This document shows, in pieces, positions 1 through 11,378 of a stretch of 64,000 nucleotides of DNA. A model generated the notes under the pieces. That model did no database searches and was not told where the DNA came from. It saw nothing but the letters and a program-made list of their open reading frames with translations. Origin of the DNA: Schizochytrium sp. TIO01 (taxonomy: Eukaryota > Protista > Bigyra: Labyrinthulomycetes); assembly GCA_004764695.1 (NCBI GenBank), contig SMSO01000025.1, forward strand, positions 2,666,001 to 2,730,000, given 5' to 3'. Positions within the stretch are counted from its first letter, which is position 1. Every line of letters begins with the position of its first letter. The translations under genes were made by a program, and so were the position numbers.

Positions 1-660
1 AACGTTACTCTCTCAGGACGTGAAATTTGCTGCTCAGAAAGACATTTAGTATGTGGCGAATGTTCCCTTATTGTTGCTCAGGACGTCTTTAATCATTCAA
101 ATAACATGATCGATGATAGGTTTGAACGCTTCAAGTGCCCAGCATGCGATGACATGATAGAAATTGATAGTGTGCTCGACAAAGAATCTCGTGCAAAGTT
201 AAAAGATGCTGCACATGAGAAGCTTAAAGTGAAGATTGAACGTGAAACGGAGGAACGTATCAAGCGTGAGCAAATCGAGCTAGGAGAAGTCCAAAAGCAT
301 ATCCGTATCATTAACGAAACCATCCTAACACTTAAATGTCCAAATGGGCACGCTTTTCACGATTTTACAGGCTGCTGCGCTCTCCAGTGTGGAATCTGTA
401 GATGCCACTTTTGTGCATTGTGCCTTCAGGAAAGTCCCTGCAGCCAAACTAGCCACGCACACCTCATGACTACCTGCAAGAGCTTTCCAGATACATTGCC
501 ACGCGATGTTTTTGTAAGCGACGACCAGTTTCAGGAGATTTCTATGAATCGGAAAAGCACACAAGTCAGGCTGTACCTGCTTGATCTCATTGACCCGATG
601 GTTCGAAGAGGTGTAAGAATGGAAATCCTGAAATCAAATGCTGAGCTGGATCTTCTGTAA
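1..660 (+). CDS. RBR-like E3 ubiquitin ligase, C-terminal part (RING1 + Rcat/RING2); 5'-partial
   Basis: Frame 1 is open from base 1 (NVTLSGREICCSERHLVCGEC...FKCPAC, end of a RING). A helical linker follows, then KCPNGHAFHDFTGCCALQCGICRCHFCALC...H..C, an Rcat-type motif with the GC catalytic cysteine. Stop at 658-660. Confidence 0.75.
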   Translation, partial: NVTLSGREICCSERHLVCGECSLIVAQDVFNHSNNMIDDRFERFKCPACDDMIEIDSVLDKESRAKLKDAAHEKLKVKIERETEERIKREQIELGEVQKHIRIINETILTLKCPNGHAFHDFTGCCALQCGICRCHFCALCLQESPCSQTSHAHLMTTCKSFPDTLPRDVFVSDDQFQEISMNRKSTQVRLYLLDLIDPMVRRGVRMEILKSNAELDLL

Positions 661-2521
661 TGGATTTTAGCAGGTTAACCAACTTTGAAGAATTTATTTT
701 ATTTGGGATTTATACATCCATCCGATCGGCAATCTTGTTTAGTCGAGTATCTTGAATGATAAAACAAGCAAACACTTTCACTTTTGTAGATCTTCACCAC
801 CCCTTTGGAGCCTATCATGGGGTGCTCGTTACTTGTTGCACAGTGTGAAACTACGAACCAAGAGTCCTATCAAGTAATCTCGAAAAATAAAGGAAAGATA
901 ATTGTAGTCCAAATAAAAATGAGTGTGAGATTCTTTTGAATTTCAGGGCTACCTAGTTCACATATTACCTGCTGCTACCTACATAATGCAGTTTTAAGAA
1001 AACTCGCTTAAGAAAACATCGTCAAGCTAAAGATTGGGAAAGATGTTGAATGCTTCAGAATCTTCTTAGTACGTCCATCTCCAACAATAGTACTATGTCC
1101 ATGTCCATACATTGTACCGCTAATAGCTGAAAGCTACACGTTGGTGTTGAATTGAGCGACGAAAGCACGTACTTCTAGACGGTTGAACATAGACATTGGA
1201 AGTAGTGACCTCCTTTCAAAAACCTTGCTCGACGAGGCTTTGGTTATTCCTCCAGCAGCTGTATACGATATTCTTTAGAAAGGTCATACCGTTACCTCTT
1301 TTTTTTTTCTTTTTTTTTTCTTGAGGTGTCCGCCGTCCAAGCTGGCAAAAAAGTAGAAGGGAGATAAGATCTCATGAGTTAAATTTTTAAGAATGTATAT
1401 TTCCGCTACTTCAATTTGAAAACTGGTTTGGTCACGTTCTTTGTACCGGGTCTCATATTCTATATTATGCTTACAACTTGAATCAATTCCTGTATACGAC
1501 GCTTGGTATGTCGTGTTCATACTTCTCCCCAACAATGACACTTTCGCACCCTGCTTGTGCATCTTGATGTCATTAATTGCGTTTAGATTTCTGGCACCTT
1601 TTCCAAATCCGGTGAATCCATTTGGAATAACCTGAAAAACCTGAAGAGCGTTTTTGTCTTCGTCTAGTTATTCCTTTTCCTTTCACAAATAAAGAATAAC
1701 AAAGTATAGATTAGTGATGAGTATTTAACGTCCCCAGCTACGGAACCTGTTGACCCCGTTCCATCTAGTCATTCTACGAGCAAATTTAGAGAGGGAACAT
1801 CAACCTTCCAATAAAGCTGTTTCCAGTCTTTAAAACCGCACACAATGTTATGCGGTGTTGGAGTGATGCCCGATGCAAAGTTATCCGTTGAAAATGTGTT
1901 CGCCAGCTAAAGACCTTATTAAGGGGAAAACTAGGCCTGAGACGGTCTCCCACAAGCGGTGTGCGCTCAATGCTCTCTTTCAGCGCTCTGATTGAACCTC
2001 GGCTTGGGTTAATTCGACATTCGAAGCGCTCGTTCGTCTTGAAACATTTGACTGGTGGCAACGAGTCTGAGGCAGCTATGCATCAGTAGCAATTGGTAGA
2101 ATTCGTTGTAGAAACAGTGGAAAGTAGAAAGAGACATCATTGTTCAATATTTATAGGCAATTGCTGGTTGCCTTGCGAGCACTTTGCGAAGGCTTGAATC
2201 ACAGTGCGACTGCTCAAAACGCTGAGCTAGAATAGACTCGAAGACAAGGCGTTTGTTTCAATCTCTTAGTTGGGTGCCATTTGCAAAACCTTTGTGGTCA
2301 AGAGCAAGGAGCTTAACGATTTCGTGAGTGTACCTGAAGAGTTTTGCCCATACCAAGCAAGCTCTTCATTGTTGTAGAAATTTACAAGTTGGCGTGGCAG
2401 GAGACGCGAGGAAAGCCTCGTTTGAAGACTAGGAAATCGGCAGAGGATCAGTTAACAAAATAATCTGAAGATCTGAAGCTAGAGAGTTCGTGGAGTCCGC
2501 CGAGCGGACGGGCGGGCTACG

Positions 2522-5500
2522 ATGCCCGTCTCGCGGAGAGTTCGCGAGAGCCTTCCAGACTGGTCTGCACGGCTTCGTAAACACTCAAGTCTTGTTCGCA
2601 AACGCAAGGCCAGTTTTGGTGTTGATCCAGCTTCACATCGGAAAAAGGTGCAGCATTTGAGAGCACACGCTGCAGAGATAGAAGTATGTCAGCCTTTCTT
2701 AAAATATTCCGGCGATCAACTTTCTTGCGAGATGCTGGAGGCAGAGTTCCGACGCGTCAGTGCGGCTCGATATAGATCCCTCATGCAATTAATCTGTATC
2801 ATGGGCTGCTTATGGTTTCTGGTGTATTCTTTTACTGTTGATCAGTCCGATAGATGGGTGTATTATGCAGCTTTCGTGTTTATTGCAACTGAGCTTTCGT
2901 TAATTTCTTCAAGAGCATACATGCGAAATTCACAGATTATTGTTGGCACGGGATTTTTTTTACTTGGGTGTGCCATCGTATGGAACAAAGAAGACACCAA
3001 CAACTACAGCAATATGAATCCCGTTTTGTTTTGTATTGTGCTTTTCACAAGCACCCCGATGACCTTGGTGTACGGAACATTAATCGCCAGCATTGTAGTT
3101 TTAGGTTACGTTGGTGTGTCAATATGGGCCTGGCGTGAGGCCTCGACAAATGATGACGCCAGTTTAGAGTTTAATACTATTGTGATTCTTGCAGGTACAA
3201 CGTTTGGAGCGTTATTTTTCTTGATATATGTGACATATTATCGTGAGATTAATTTGAGGCGCGCCATCATCAGCCAGCATATTCTACTTCGCAGCTCTCG
3301 GGAAGTTGAGAAGGAAACTAAAAAGACACGAGATTTGCTTCGAAGTATGCTTCCGGATGTCATTACGGACCTTTTGCAGGACCGGGAGGATGCTGAGGCT
3401 CCAGTTAGAATTGCGGAAAAGTTTACCTCGGTGACAATTATGTTTGTTGAGGTTTGTGACTTTAGCGCGATTTCTTCAAAACAAACCCGAGAGGAGCTGG
3501 TTGATATTCTGAATACAATTTTCTCCGTCTTTGATTCTGTACTAGAGGATTATGATGTTTACAAGGTGGAAACAATTGCAGAAGTTTACATGGTGGTTGG
3601 AGGATGTCCAAACAGGAGTAGGCGACATGCTGAGGATGTTGCCGAAGTAGCATTAGAATTTATGGCTCTTATGCCAGAAATAAATCTGTTACTACGCCAA
3701 ACTGTGCCAAGGTTAGCACATGAAGTACAGATTCGGATTGGTCTTAACACGGGTAGCATAGTAGCGGGAGTAGTTGGCCAGCGAAGCCCTCGCTTTAAAT
3801 TATTTGGAGACCCAGTAAACGTCGCATCACGCATGGAATCCACATGTCCAAAGGGTAGAATTCAAGTCTCGGGCACGACCCAAGCTCTCCTTGAAACGAA
3901 ATTCAATCTCGAGTACAGAGGGAGCATTTCTGTCAAGGGCAAAGGAAATATGGACACTTTTTTCTTGCTAAGCCGTAAGGATACGCTGGAAAGACTAGGG
4001 CAAAATGCAATTGTCAAAGATAAATCAGAGATGATGGAGCATATTGCTGCGAATAATAATTCTTTATTTACCACATGGTCTGTGAGTGGATTTGTCAGCT
4101 TGCCAGGCTCGACTAAAAAGTCAAAGGTTGCGCCTGTTCCAAATGTAGAAGCCAAAGTTTCCTCGGACTCTTCAATTCCTGTTAAAGAGGATAATAATTC
4201 ATTACAAAACATCGGCACATACAGTAGCAAAGAACGATCGGTTGGCTTAGAAAAGGAAGAAGAAAGGCTTCGTATGTATCTACGATCAAAGGCCCATAGC
4301 GCCAGATCGCTACTAACCACCAACGAAGGTGGGTCTCTCGATTCTCGAGGTTTATTTGACCGATACTCTTGCATGGAGGTATTTTCAAGGATCTTTTCAG
4401 TAGGGTCACCTGAATTTCATTCGGTCCAACTACAGCGAGGACGTGTTGCAATTGATCGTTTCACAAATATGTTGCTTATGATCGTCCCAGTATTTTTGCT
4501 TGCAGAAGTCGTAGCCTATCTTGTAGCTAATGCAATGAACAGCGATGACTCGGCCGAAGCTATTTTTAGTTCTAGTGACTATATCTTTCTAATTGCAGTC
4601 ACATCCGCCGTCCTTGCGCTTTCTGCGGCCCTGCAAGTATTATTACGTCTCAATAGAACTTTTTATATTATTGGGGTCATGGAATTAACATTTGTCTGCG
4701 CTACTGGCTGCATCACGTACTTGAATGTAACAATGTCTCATCCAAATCCCTCCTTTTTGATGGTGCTTATTACATTCACATTTCATCAGCAACTAATTCC
4801 CATGTCGCATCGTGTGTTGCTCTCATTCGCCACGGCTATACTTGGAGAAATCATGGTTTACGTTTGGATATCTGTGTTCGATGCAGAGTATTATCGATAC
4901 ATGATGAACTTATCATCAACAATGGAAAACAAGCTGAATTTGGAGGACATATTGATGCATAGTGCATATTTGTTCATCACAATTGTTTTACAAATGTGGT
5001 GTGTAACAGTGCAAGACCTGTTTCTTTTCCAAGATTTCTGTCAAAGCCGCCTGATTATGGATCAAAGCAATCAACTGGAAATCCAAAAGGCTCAGACTAC
5101 ACATTTGTTATCTCAGTTACTACCAACAAGTATTGTACCAAAGCTGATGGAAGGAAAACAAACTCGTATCGTGGACCAATTTGAGAGTGTAACCATTTTG
5201 TTTACAGATATGGTGGGGTTTACCAAATTCTCTGGGGGGATTTCCCCACTATCACTTATGGATTTTCTAAATGCAATGTACACTCGTTTTGATACAATTA
5301 GTGAAAAGTATGGTCTTTACAAGGTGGAAATTATTGGTGATGCATACTTTGTTGTAGGTGGTTGTCCAGAAGTTAGCATCGATCATACCGAGCGAGTACT
5401 TCGGGCAGCGATTGAAATGCAGAACTCGATAGGCGACTTGAAGAAAATTGCCCACCGCTTACTTCTACGGGAGCGTGATGAGAAACGTCGATCTACCTCT

Positions 5501-6001
5501 CGTGAGCGCCGTCTAGTGTCAGTAACAAGAAGTTTTGAAAATCAAGGGGGCAGATCCTCAAATGCATCAACTGTAACTACGCCTAAATCGCCAAACTCGC
5601 GTAAAGGTTCAACTGATGCTGCAGCTGAAGAACGTCTTGAGGATGCTCTCTTTGATAATGAGGAAATGACAATCTTGCGCGACACCAGCGACGCAACAGC
5701 CCTAGAGGAGATTGAGGAACCGGACATTCAAATTCGTATTGGTGTGCATGTAGGGTCTGCAATCGCTGGAGTAGTAGGTTACAAGGATCCACGATACCAT
5801 ATCTTTGGTGATAGTGTTTCACTTGCTAACATGATGGAGTCCAAAGGCAAGCCAAGCCGGATTCACATATCGCAAGCTGCTCTGGATAATTTACTAGCTC
5901 GGCAAGAAGCCCGGGACTTGTTCTTAATTGAACAGAGAGAAGTAATTGATCTTTCGCCTATCGCACCTCCCCAACAGACCTACTTCGTATCCCTACGTTA
6001 G
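2522..6001 (+). CDS. Membrane-bound class III nucleotide cyclase (about 2x6 TM, two catalytic domains), probably a guanylyl cyclase
   Basis: 1159-aa ORF with two hydrophobic blocks, each followed by a cyclase domain. Domain 1: VTIMFVEV, YKVETIAEVYMVVGG, IRIGLNTG, PRFKLFGDPVNVASRMES. Domain 2: VTILFTDMVGFT, YKVEIIGDAYFVVGG, IRIGVHVG, PRYHIFGDSVSLANMMES. Confidence 0.95.
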   Translation: MPVSRRVRESLPDWSARLRKHSSLVRKRKASFGVDPASHRKKVQHLRAHAAEIEVCQPFLKYSGDQLSCEMLEAEFRRVSAARYRSLMQLICIMGCLWFLVYSFTVDQSDRWVYYAAFVFIATELSLISSRAYMRNSQIIVGTGFFLLGCAIVWNKEDTNNYSNMNPVLFCIVLFTSTPMTLVYGTLIASIVVLGYVGVSIWAWREASTNDDASLEFNTIVILAGTTFGALFFLIYVTYYREINLRRAIISQHILLRSSREVEKETKKTRDLLRSMLPDVITDLLQDREDAEAPVRIAEKFTSVTIMFVEVCDFSAISSKQTREELVDILNTIFSVFDSVLEDYDVYKVETIAEVYMVVGGCPNRSRRHAEDVAEVALEFMALMPEINLLLRQTVPRLAHEVQIRIGLNTGSIVAGVVGQRSPRFKLFGDPVNVASRMESTCPKGRIQVSGTTQALLETKFNLEYRGSISVKGKGNMDTFFLLSRKDTLERLGQNAIVKDKSEMMEHIAANNNSLFTTWSVSGFVSLPGSTKKSKVAPVPNVEAKVSSDSSIPVKEDNNSLQNIGTYSSKERSVGLEKEEERLRMYLRSKAHSARSLLTTNEGGSLDSRGLFDRYSCMEVFSRIFSVGSPEFHSVQLQRGRVAIDRFTNMLLMIVPVFLLAEVVAYLVANAMNSDDSAEAIFSSSDYIFLIAVTSAVLALSAALQVLLRLNRTFYIIGVMELTFVCATGCITYLNVTMSHPNPSFLMVLITFTFHQQLIPMSHRVLLSFATAILGEIMVYVWISVFDAEYYRYMMNLSSTMENKLNLEDILMHSAYLFITIVLQMWCVTVQDLFLFQDFCQSRLIMDQSNQLEIQKAQTTHLLSQLLPTSIVPKLMEGKQTRIVDQFESVTILFTDMVGFTKFSGGISPLSLMDFLNAMYTRFDTISEKYGLYKVEIIGDAYFVVGGCPEVSIDHTERVLRAAIEMQNSIGDLKKIAHRLLLRERDEKRRSTSRERRLVSVTRSFENQGGRSSNASTVTTPKSPNSRKGSTDAAAEERLEDALFDNEEMTILRDTSDATALEEIEEPDIQIRIGVHVGSAIAGVVGYKDPRYHIFGDSVSLANMMESKGKPSRIHISQAALDNLLARQEARDLFLIEQREVIDLSPIAPPQQTYFVSLR

Positions 6002-6932
6002 TAAAGCGTCGGGAAGCTGTAAGTTGCCTCTTTCAAGTAGCAGCAGTGGGTCACTTAGCTGTAGTGTAACTCATTCGATTGATGCCTCGAATTCGTCCAA
6101 ACTCAATCAACTTTGATCCAGTGTCTTTGTCTGATTTTCTATTTCAATTATTACTACCCCACTGAAATGTATCCTTTAAACTAAAAAGCAGAGGTAGCCT
6201 GAATGAGCATCGTAATTTGTTTCTTTACAAAAAGATGTATTAAAAAATCATCAGAATAATACGAAGAAGATGAACTCTTCTTTAGCGCTCCTTTTAGTTG
6301 CAGCTAGATGAATCCATTCAAAGTAGGACAGAACACACTTTAAAAAACAAATAACTAAAACAGCTAAGATGCAACCTTTTAGAATAGGATTTGGTTTTTC
6401 TATATTTTATTTGAACCAGTGGCATTGACATTGGCATTGACATTGAAAATGACTGTACAATATTTTGGTCTGCGAGGTGCTCTCCAACAATGTGCCAATA
6501 GTCATTTGAACTCGCTATTTTCACCTTCATGTTTTTAGTTTATTAAAAGTACTCAAAAATTTGAAAAGCATTCTTTTCGCAAAGCTGCCATGTGAATAAC
6601 TCGTTACGATTTTGTTGTGAATGCACTTGTTTGGAGTTTGGCATACACGAAAAGAATCATACGGCCTCTGTTGATTGACGAAACGATGACCTCTTAAGAG
6701 AAGGATTTTTGCAAAATTAGTCGCTCTTAATGCTCATGTTCGACAGTGTGGAACACTGAGAGTTGATCAAGGCAGATACATGCCCAAGTGCCTTTAGTTA
6801 ACAAACAATGGACTGCATGGGATATCTCCTAGTGCACAACGCTTAGAATACTTCTTTTGTGGCTTGCTAGTAGTTTCATCAGAGAATGTACGCATGTGAA
6901 CAAATGACACGATGCACGAAGTAACTATGGTA

Positions 6933-7232
6933 TTATGCATTCACTCCAGGTCCATCGCCAGTCTCAGAGTCCTTGTTACCCTGTCGCGCTGCCTCCTGCT
7001 CGTAAGAAGCTGCGTTGGTGAAGTACTTGGCCGCGAAGGACTCTACATTATCAGGGCGCTCGTTAAGAACCTTGAGGAAGAATTGATTTAGCATGCGCTT
7101 GAGCTCAGGGTGGTCTCGAAGGTATTGCTCATTTTCAAGACGAAGCATTACTTTCTTCTCGTTCAGCATCTCTTGCTGTTCAGGTGTCAGCACAGCCGCG
7201 CTTGAAGTGGCACCCGTCAAATGGTCTCCCAT
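6933..7232 (-). CDS. RIIAD1: Small RIIa/Dpy-30 dimerisation-docking domain protein (RIIAD1-like, probably ciliary)
   Basis: 99 aa containing LRLENEQYLRDHPELKRMLNQFFLKVLNERPDNVESFAAKYFT, the YL..HPEL......F...VL...P.....FAA.YF D/D pattern. Confidence 0.8.
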   Translation of the reverse strand: MGDHLTGATSSAAVLTPEQQEMLNEKKVMLRLENEQYLRDHPELKRMLNQFFLKVLNERPDNVESFAAKYFTNAASYEQEAARQGNKDSETGDGPGVNA

Positions 7233-8018
7233 GTTTATCTAAGAACTTTGTCGCCGAATCTTCACAAACTCAAAAGCGTCCCTCCAATAGTGTTGAACGA
7301 CTCAAGTCAATAAAGATCAAATTTCCCAAATTAATCCTGCCAGGGTTCGTGTCCTCGCAACCGATTTGAGCCAAGCTCGAGAGATCCAGCAGCTGCGATC
7401 CTTCAAACAGCTCGTTCGTTTCCTGTTTTTCTTTTGGCTTTTTCCTAGTATTATTCGAATCAGTGTTAGGAGTAGTAGTTATTACCTATCGCCTAACCTA
7501 ACTCATAAGAAGCTTTCTAACGATACTACCCGGTAGGTAGGTAGTAGACAGTACTACATGAACACCCTGAAGGCCAGAAAATGGCGTTAGAAGAACCATC
7601 GCAGAACTCCCGCAGAACATTTGACTTGAAGAATTTTGCTCCAGTGTTTTTAAAGAGAGATCCATGTTCTTTTTTGGGGTACTGACCAGGTCTGCGTAGA
7701 GCTTTAGGCAAGCCACTACCTAGTCTGGTTCATCTTTCACTTGACTTTCACCCAGTTTCAATAGCTAGAGATCATTCAAGAAATTCTTCGACTTAGGCGG
7801 ACACTCAACACAGAACATTCAGTTTCGGCATTACAATTGCCACAATTGCCTTGTGTTTAACCTATCAAATTTGCGAAACTTGCATTTCCTGCGGTGACAT
7901 AGGGCTAAGGCCCAACCGCGGCTCAAAGGTGATTCTTGAATTGTGTCCTTAAATAGATAGCGCAGAAGGATGCCTCTGGCGGCGTGAATAGCTATTGATT
8001 AACTTAATTTCTCAGTTG

Positions 8019-8886
8019 TTATTTTTTCGATCGAAATGGAGAGACTTCCTCTTCTTCACTCATCACCCATACCTCTGTAAATCTCTTATGCCATATCTCA
8101 ACCAAACGCCGCATATCACTCTCGCATTGTATTGCAAATTCAGTTGTGTGTTTAGGGTGGTAGGGGGCATCCACGAAGTCAGTGACATTGAGGAGGGAAT
8201 TCTTGTTAACAACGACAAAATGGAAAGCATGGAAACTTATATGACCATGTGTAATGACGTTTTCGTGGAGGGTTGTAAGTAATTTGTGCATTCCTTCTTG
8301 GACGAACGCTTGCTTTAATGTGGCTATATGCATGCTCCCCACAAAGGAGCCCTCACGCGAGAATACAAACATTTGCGGCTTCTCTGTGAACTTCCCAGCG
8401 TAGAAAAGGAAAGGAGCGCATACCTTTTACCAACTGCGTAGAGTTCCCTTGTACATATCAATTTCATTGACAAATTGACCTTTAACACCTTCTTGCTCCA
8501 TGTTCAAGATCTGTAGAATAAGAGGGATACCACTTACAGTCATTTTAATCGACCGGTTATAAAGGTCTACATTGTGATGTATTTCGGGTAGCTCTCGTGG
8601 GAAACCAATGCTAATCTGCTTGAGAAGAAGATTGTCTATCAACGCGAGACAAGCCGCATCTCCTTCGAGTTTCTTGATTGCGGAAAGATTTTCACAAACT
8701 GAAACATAGGTACTTTGCAGCAATCAATGCACTGGAGACGCCAACTCCAGGCACATTTCCGCCGCGCCCGACTCCTGCAGTCAGTGGTTTGTCCTCCTTG
8801 GATACCTTGGCTACAATTTCCCTGATTACCGCCACCGCCTCCTTGTCCTCCGTTGTTGTTGTTGTGCTTGCCGAAGGGCGTGCCAC
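8019..8886 (-). pseudogene. Disrupted ~290-codon ORF, possibly a kinase-like remnant
   Basis: ORFs 8427..8723 and 8019..8372 share a frame and are separated only by one TAA (8427-8429); the intervening codons read KVCAPFLFYAGKFTEKPQ. ORF 8692..8886 joins them by a frameshift. LHENVITHGHI resembles the kinase LHxxxxxHGDI catalytic loop. Confidence 0.4.
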
Positions 8887-9719
8887 TATATCAATAGTCT
8901 GATTTTTCTCTGGTTAGAGCGTTTTGCTCACTTAGGTATCAAGAAGATGTTGTCCAGTAATACTTAAGATAGTAATAGAACCGTGTATTGTTTCAATCAC
9001 CATTTTATGACCATTTGTCGTTTTGCTTGTCTAGCGACATGTGTTAGAGAACTCATGATCAATGGGACAGATCTTATCAATCAGTCATATCAATCAGTCG
9101 AAATGCCTGCCACGCAGTCAATCAACCCAGCGCTGATGAGGAAACGACCATCCAGTTCCATTTCCAAGAGCCCAGTAAGCTCACGTCGACAGAACTCCGT
9201 ACTTGCGTTGAAATGCTACCATGTAACCAGCGATTTGATATACACTTATACAGATGAATTCTCTCACCATAAGGGACTTCAATGTTGAGGCATTGAGGCA
9301 TGGCCGCACTGGGGTTTCCATTGATTCCTCGCTACTACCGCAAAAAAAAACAGCAGCAACAGCAGCAATCAATGACGTCAATTCCATGAATGCAATTGCC
9401 TACACGGAAGCAGCAGCACCAGAATGGTAATTCATGAGACGCCAAACTTTAAAGTTATCTTGCCCTATCTACGCTTAAACAGGACGTTCTAATGATTAGA
9501 ACAAATTCGTCCACCAACGCTAAAGAAGGAAAACTTCCAATACTGCGTCATATACGAGCAAGACCACCGTTAAGAGTAATCTATAGGCTCCATGAACACT
9601 TTCAAGTACGCAAAAGGAAACAAGCATTAAACATCAAGAGAAATTGAAGAAGAGATAACATCAAGAAATGAAATTCGTCAAACAGACAGATCGGTTTGGG
9701 TTCGAGAGATGATAGCAGT

Positions 9720-10634
9720 TTAGCTGAGGATCTTCTTGATCTCACCGTAGAGCACGAGCACAAGGGCAGAGCCGACGGTACGGAGAGCGTTGGCACCAGC
9801 ACCCTTGAAGAAGGCGCCAGCGCCCTCCTCGGCGAGGATGGTGTTGAAGCAGTTCATGGTGCCAGCGTACTTCCACTCAGCCTTGGGCTTGTCGGACTGC
9901 ATCTGGAGACGGCGGCGGACGGTATCGAAGGGGTAGGAGACGTAGGCGGCGCAGAGGGCGGCGGTCTGGGCACAGAGGAACTTGGACACAATACCGCGGA
10001 CGGTGGACTCCTTCTGGTACGGGTTGAGGCCGTTGAGGGTGTCGTTCACACCGAAGTAGGCACCACGGAAGGGGAAGATACCAACAGCAGAGATACCAAA
10101 GCCGTTGTAGAGAGAGAGAACACCACGGGAGCCCTTGGAGGTCTTGACAAGGCAGTCAATGAGGCCGTTGAACTGCTTCTTGCCCTTACCGACATCGGAG
10201 GCAAGGCGGGTACGGGCGTAGTCAAGGGGGTAGACAAAGCAGAGGGAACCAATACCGGCAAAACCACCAGAGGCAACGTTGACCATGAAGAACTTGTAGA
10301 AGTCCTCCTTGGGGGAGTACTTGGGGAAGATGGCCTTGATGGTGTCCTTGAAGGCAAAGTTAAAGGCCTGGGTGGGGAAGTAACGGATGATGTTCACACC
10401 GTTGCCAGCCCAGAAGGCCTTGAGGCCCTGCTCCTGGAAGACACGGGTGAAGGTGTTACCGATGGAGGTGTAACGGGGCACCTCACCGCTGATGATGCGG
10501 GGGTTGGCATCCTGGGTCTGGATGATGAGCTTGACACGCTCGATGGGAGCAGTGCAAGTCTTGGCAATGGCGCCAGAGACACCGCCGGCCAAGAAGTCGA
10601 CAACGAAGTTGGACTGCTTCTTCTCGCCACCCAT
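9720..10634 (-). CDS. AAC: Mitochondrial ADP/ATP carrier (adenine nucleotide translocator)
   Basis: 304 aa with three carrier repeats (APIERVK, YPLDYAR, YPFDTVRRRLQMQ) and the AAC-typical RYFPTQAFNFAFKD. Very strong C/G-ending codon bias. Confidence 0.98.
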   Translation of the reverse strand: MGGEKKQSNFVVDFLAGGVSGAIAKTCTAPIERVKLIIQTQDANPRIISGEVPRYTSIGNTFTRVFQEQGLKAFWAGNGVNIIRYFPTQAFNFAFKDTIKAIFPKYSPKEDFYKFFMVNVASGGFAGIGSLCFVYPLDYARTRLASDVGKGKKQFNGLIDCLVKTSKGSRGVLSLYNGFGISAVGIFPFRGAYFGVNDTLNGLNPYQKESTVRGIVSKFLCAQTAALCAAYVSYPFDTVRRRLQMQSDKPKAEWKYAGTMNCFNTILAEEGAGAFFKGAGANALRTVGSALVLVLYGEIKKILS

Positions 10635-10672
10635 TTTGGTGAAGTTTTAGTGCAACGAATAAACTACGGTGC

Positions 10673-11378
10673 CTAAACTATATATTCGAATTAACCCATA
10701 CAGAATCACAGAAGTTAGTCCTCACTAGTCCAATCCATATAAGAACAAACCCGATGCCTCTATACACTCAGACCATGACACAACGCAAAACAACAACCGA
10801 CACCATCTTCCCTCAGCCTGTCATTTCCTCAGTGACGTAGTCTGGCCAGGTTTGATTCAAAGCCAGGCACAAGACAACCTTTGGGGAAAAGAGAGGAAAG
10901 TAAGAGAACTACCACTGCCTACTAGGTCTTAGTCAAGACTAGGAAAAACATTAACGCCAAGAAAGTCGAATTTTCTTCTTTTCCAAACCAACACATACAA
11001 CAGAGAACACGTTGGTCCACAAAAGCAAAAGTAATCATCAACTCCGCTTGAGTCTTGATGAGGCAACAGGCAAGTCTTCGCCGATGCGCAAAACAGCCTC
11101 CTTGTCTGCAGGCTCACGTTTATTCCAGTAGAAGCGAGGTCAAAGTGTATGAGGTGAAGGTCCCTTCGGCCTCAGTTTCACTTCGCGATGTTGTCGATTG
11201 CGCCATGCGCACAAAGGGTCCGGTCAAGTTGAAGAGAAGCCAAAGACGCGCAGTGCCCCAAAGCGACAGCAGCAGATTTTAGCAGAGCCGCCACGGCCCT
11301 TTGCCCACCGCATGCATTGCTACGCCTTGCCACTCCACTCCACGCCTTTGCGGCGACCTTGACGCATCAATCACTCAC
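10673..11378 (-). other. Putative 5'-UTR intron of the AAC gene
   Basis: Minus strand shows a perfect CAG|GTGAGT donor at 11378 and a TTTAG|G acceptor ending at 10673, just upstream of the ATG (alternative AGs at 10678 and 10664). A TATA-like TTTAAATA lies near 11500. Confidence 0.5.

Noticed and set aside
7492-7502. CCTAACCTAAC as a telomerase-RNA template or interstitial TTAGG repeat
   Set aside because: Only two units, in a region full of CCTA/TAGG-type simple repeats, with no supporting structure or promoter.
9126-9195. CTGATGAG-GAAAC hammerhead-like core
   Set aside because: No stem II, and no stem I complementarity around a cleavage triplet.
9696-10676. 326-aa antisense ORF spanning the whole AAC gene
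   Set aside because: Expected shadow of extreme codon bias: avoiding TTA, CTA and TCA removes antisense stops. It has a non-ATG start and no domain.
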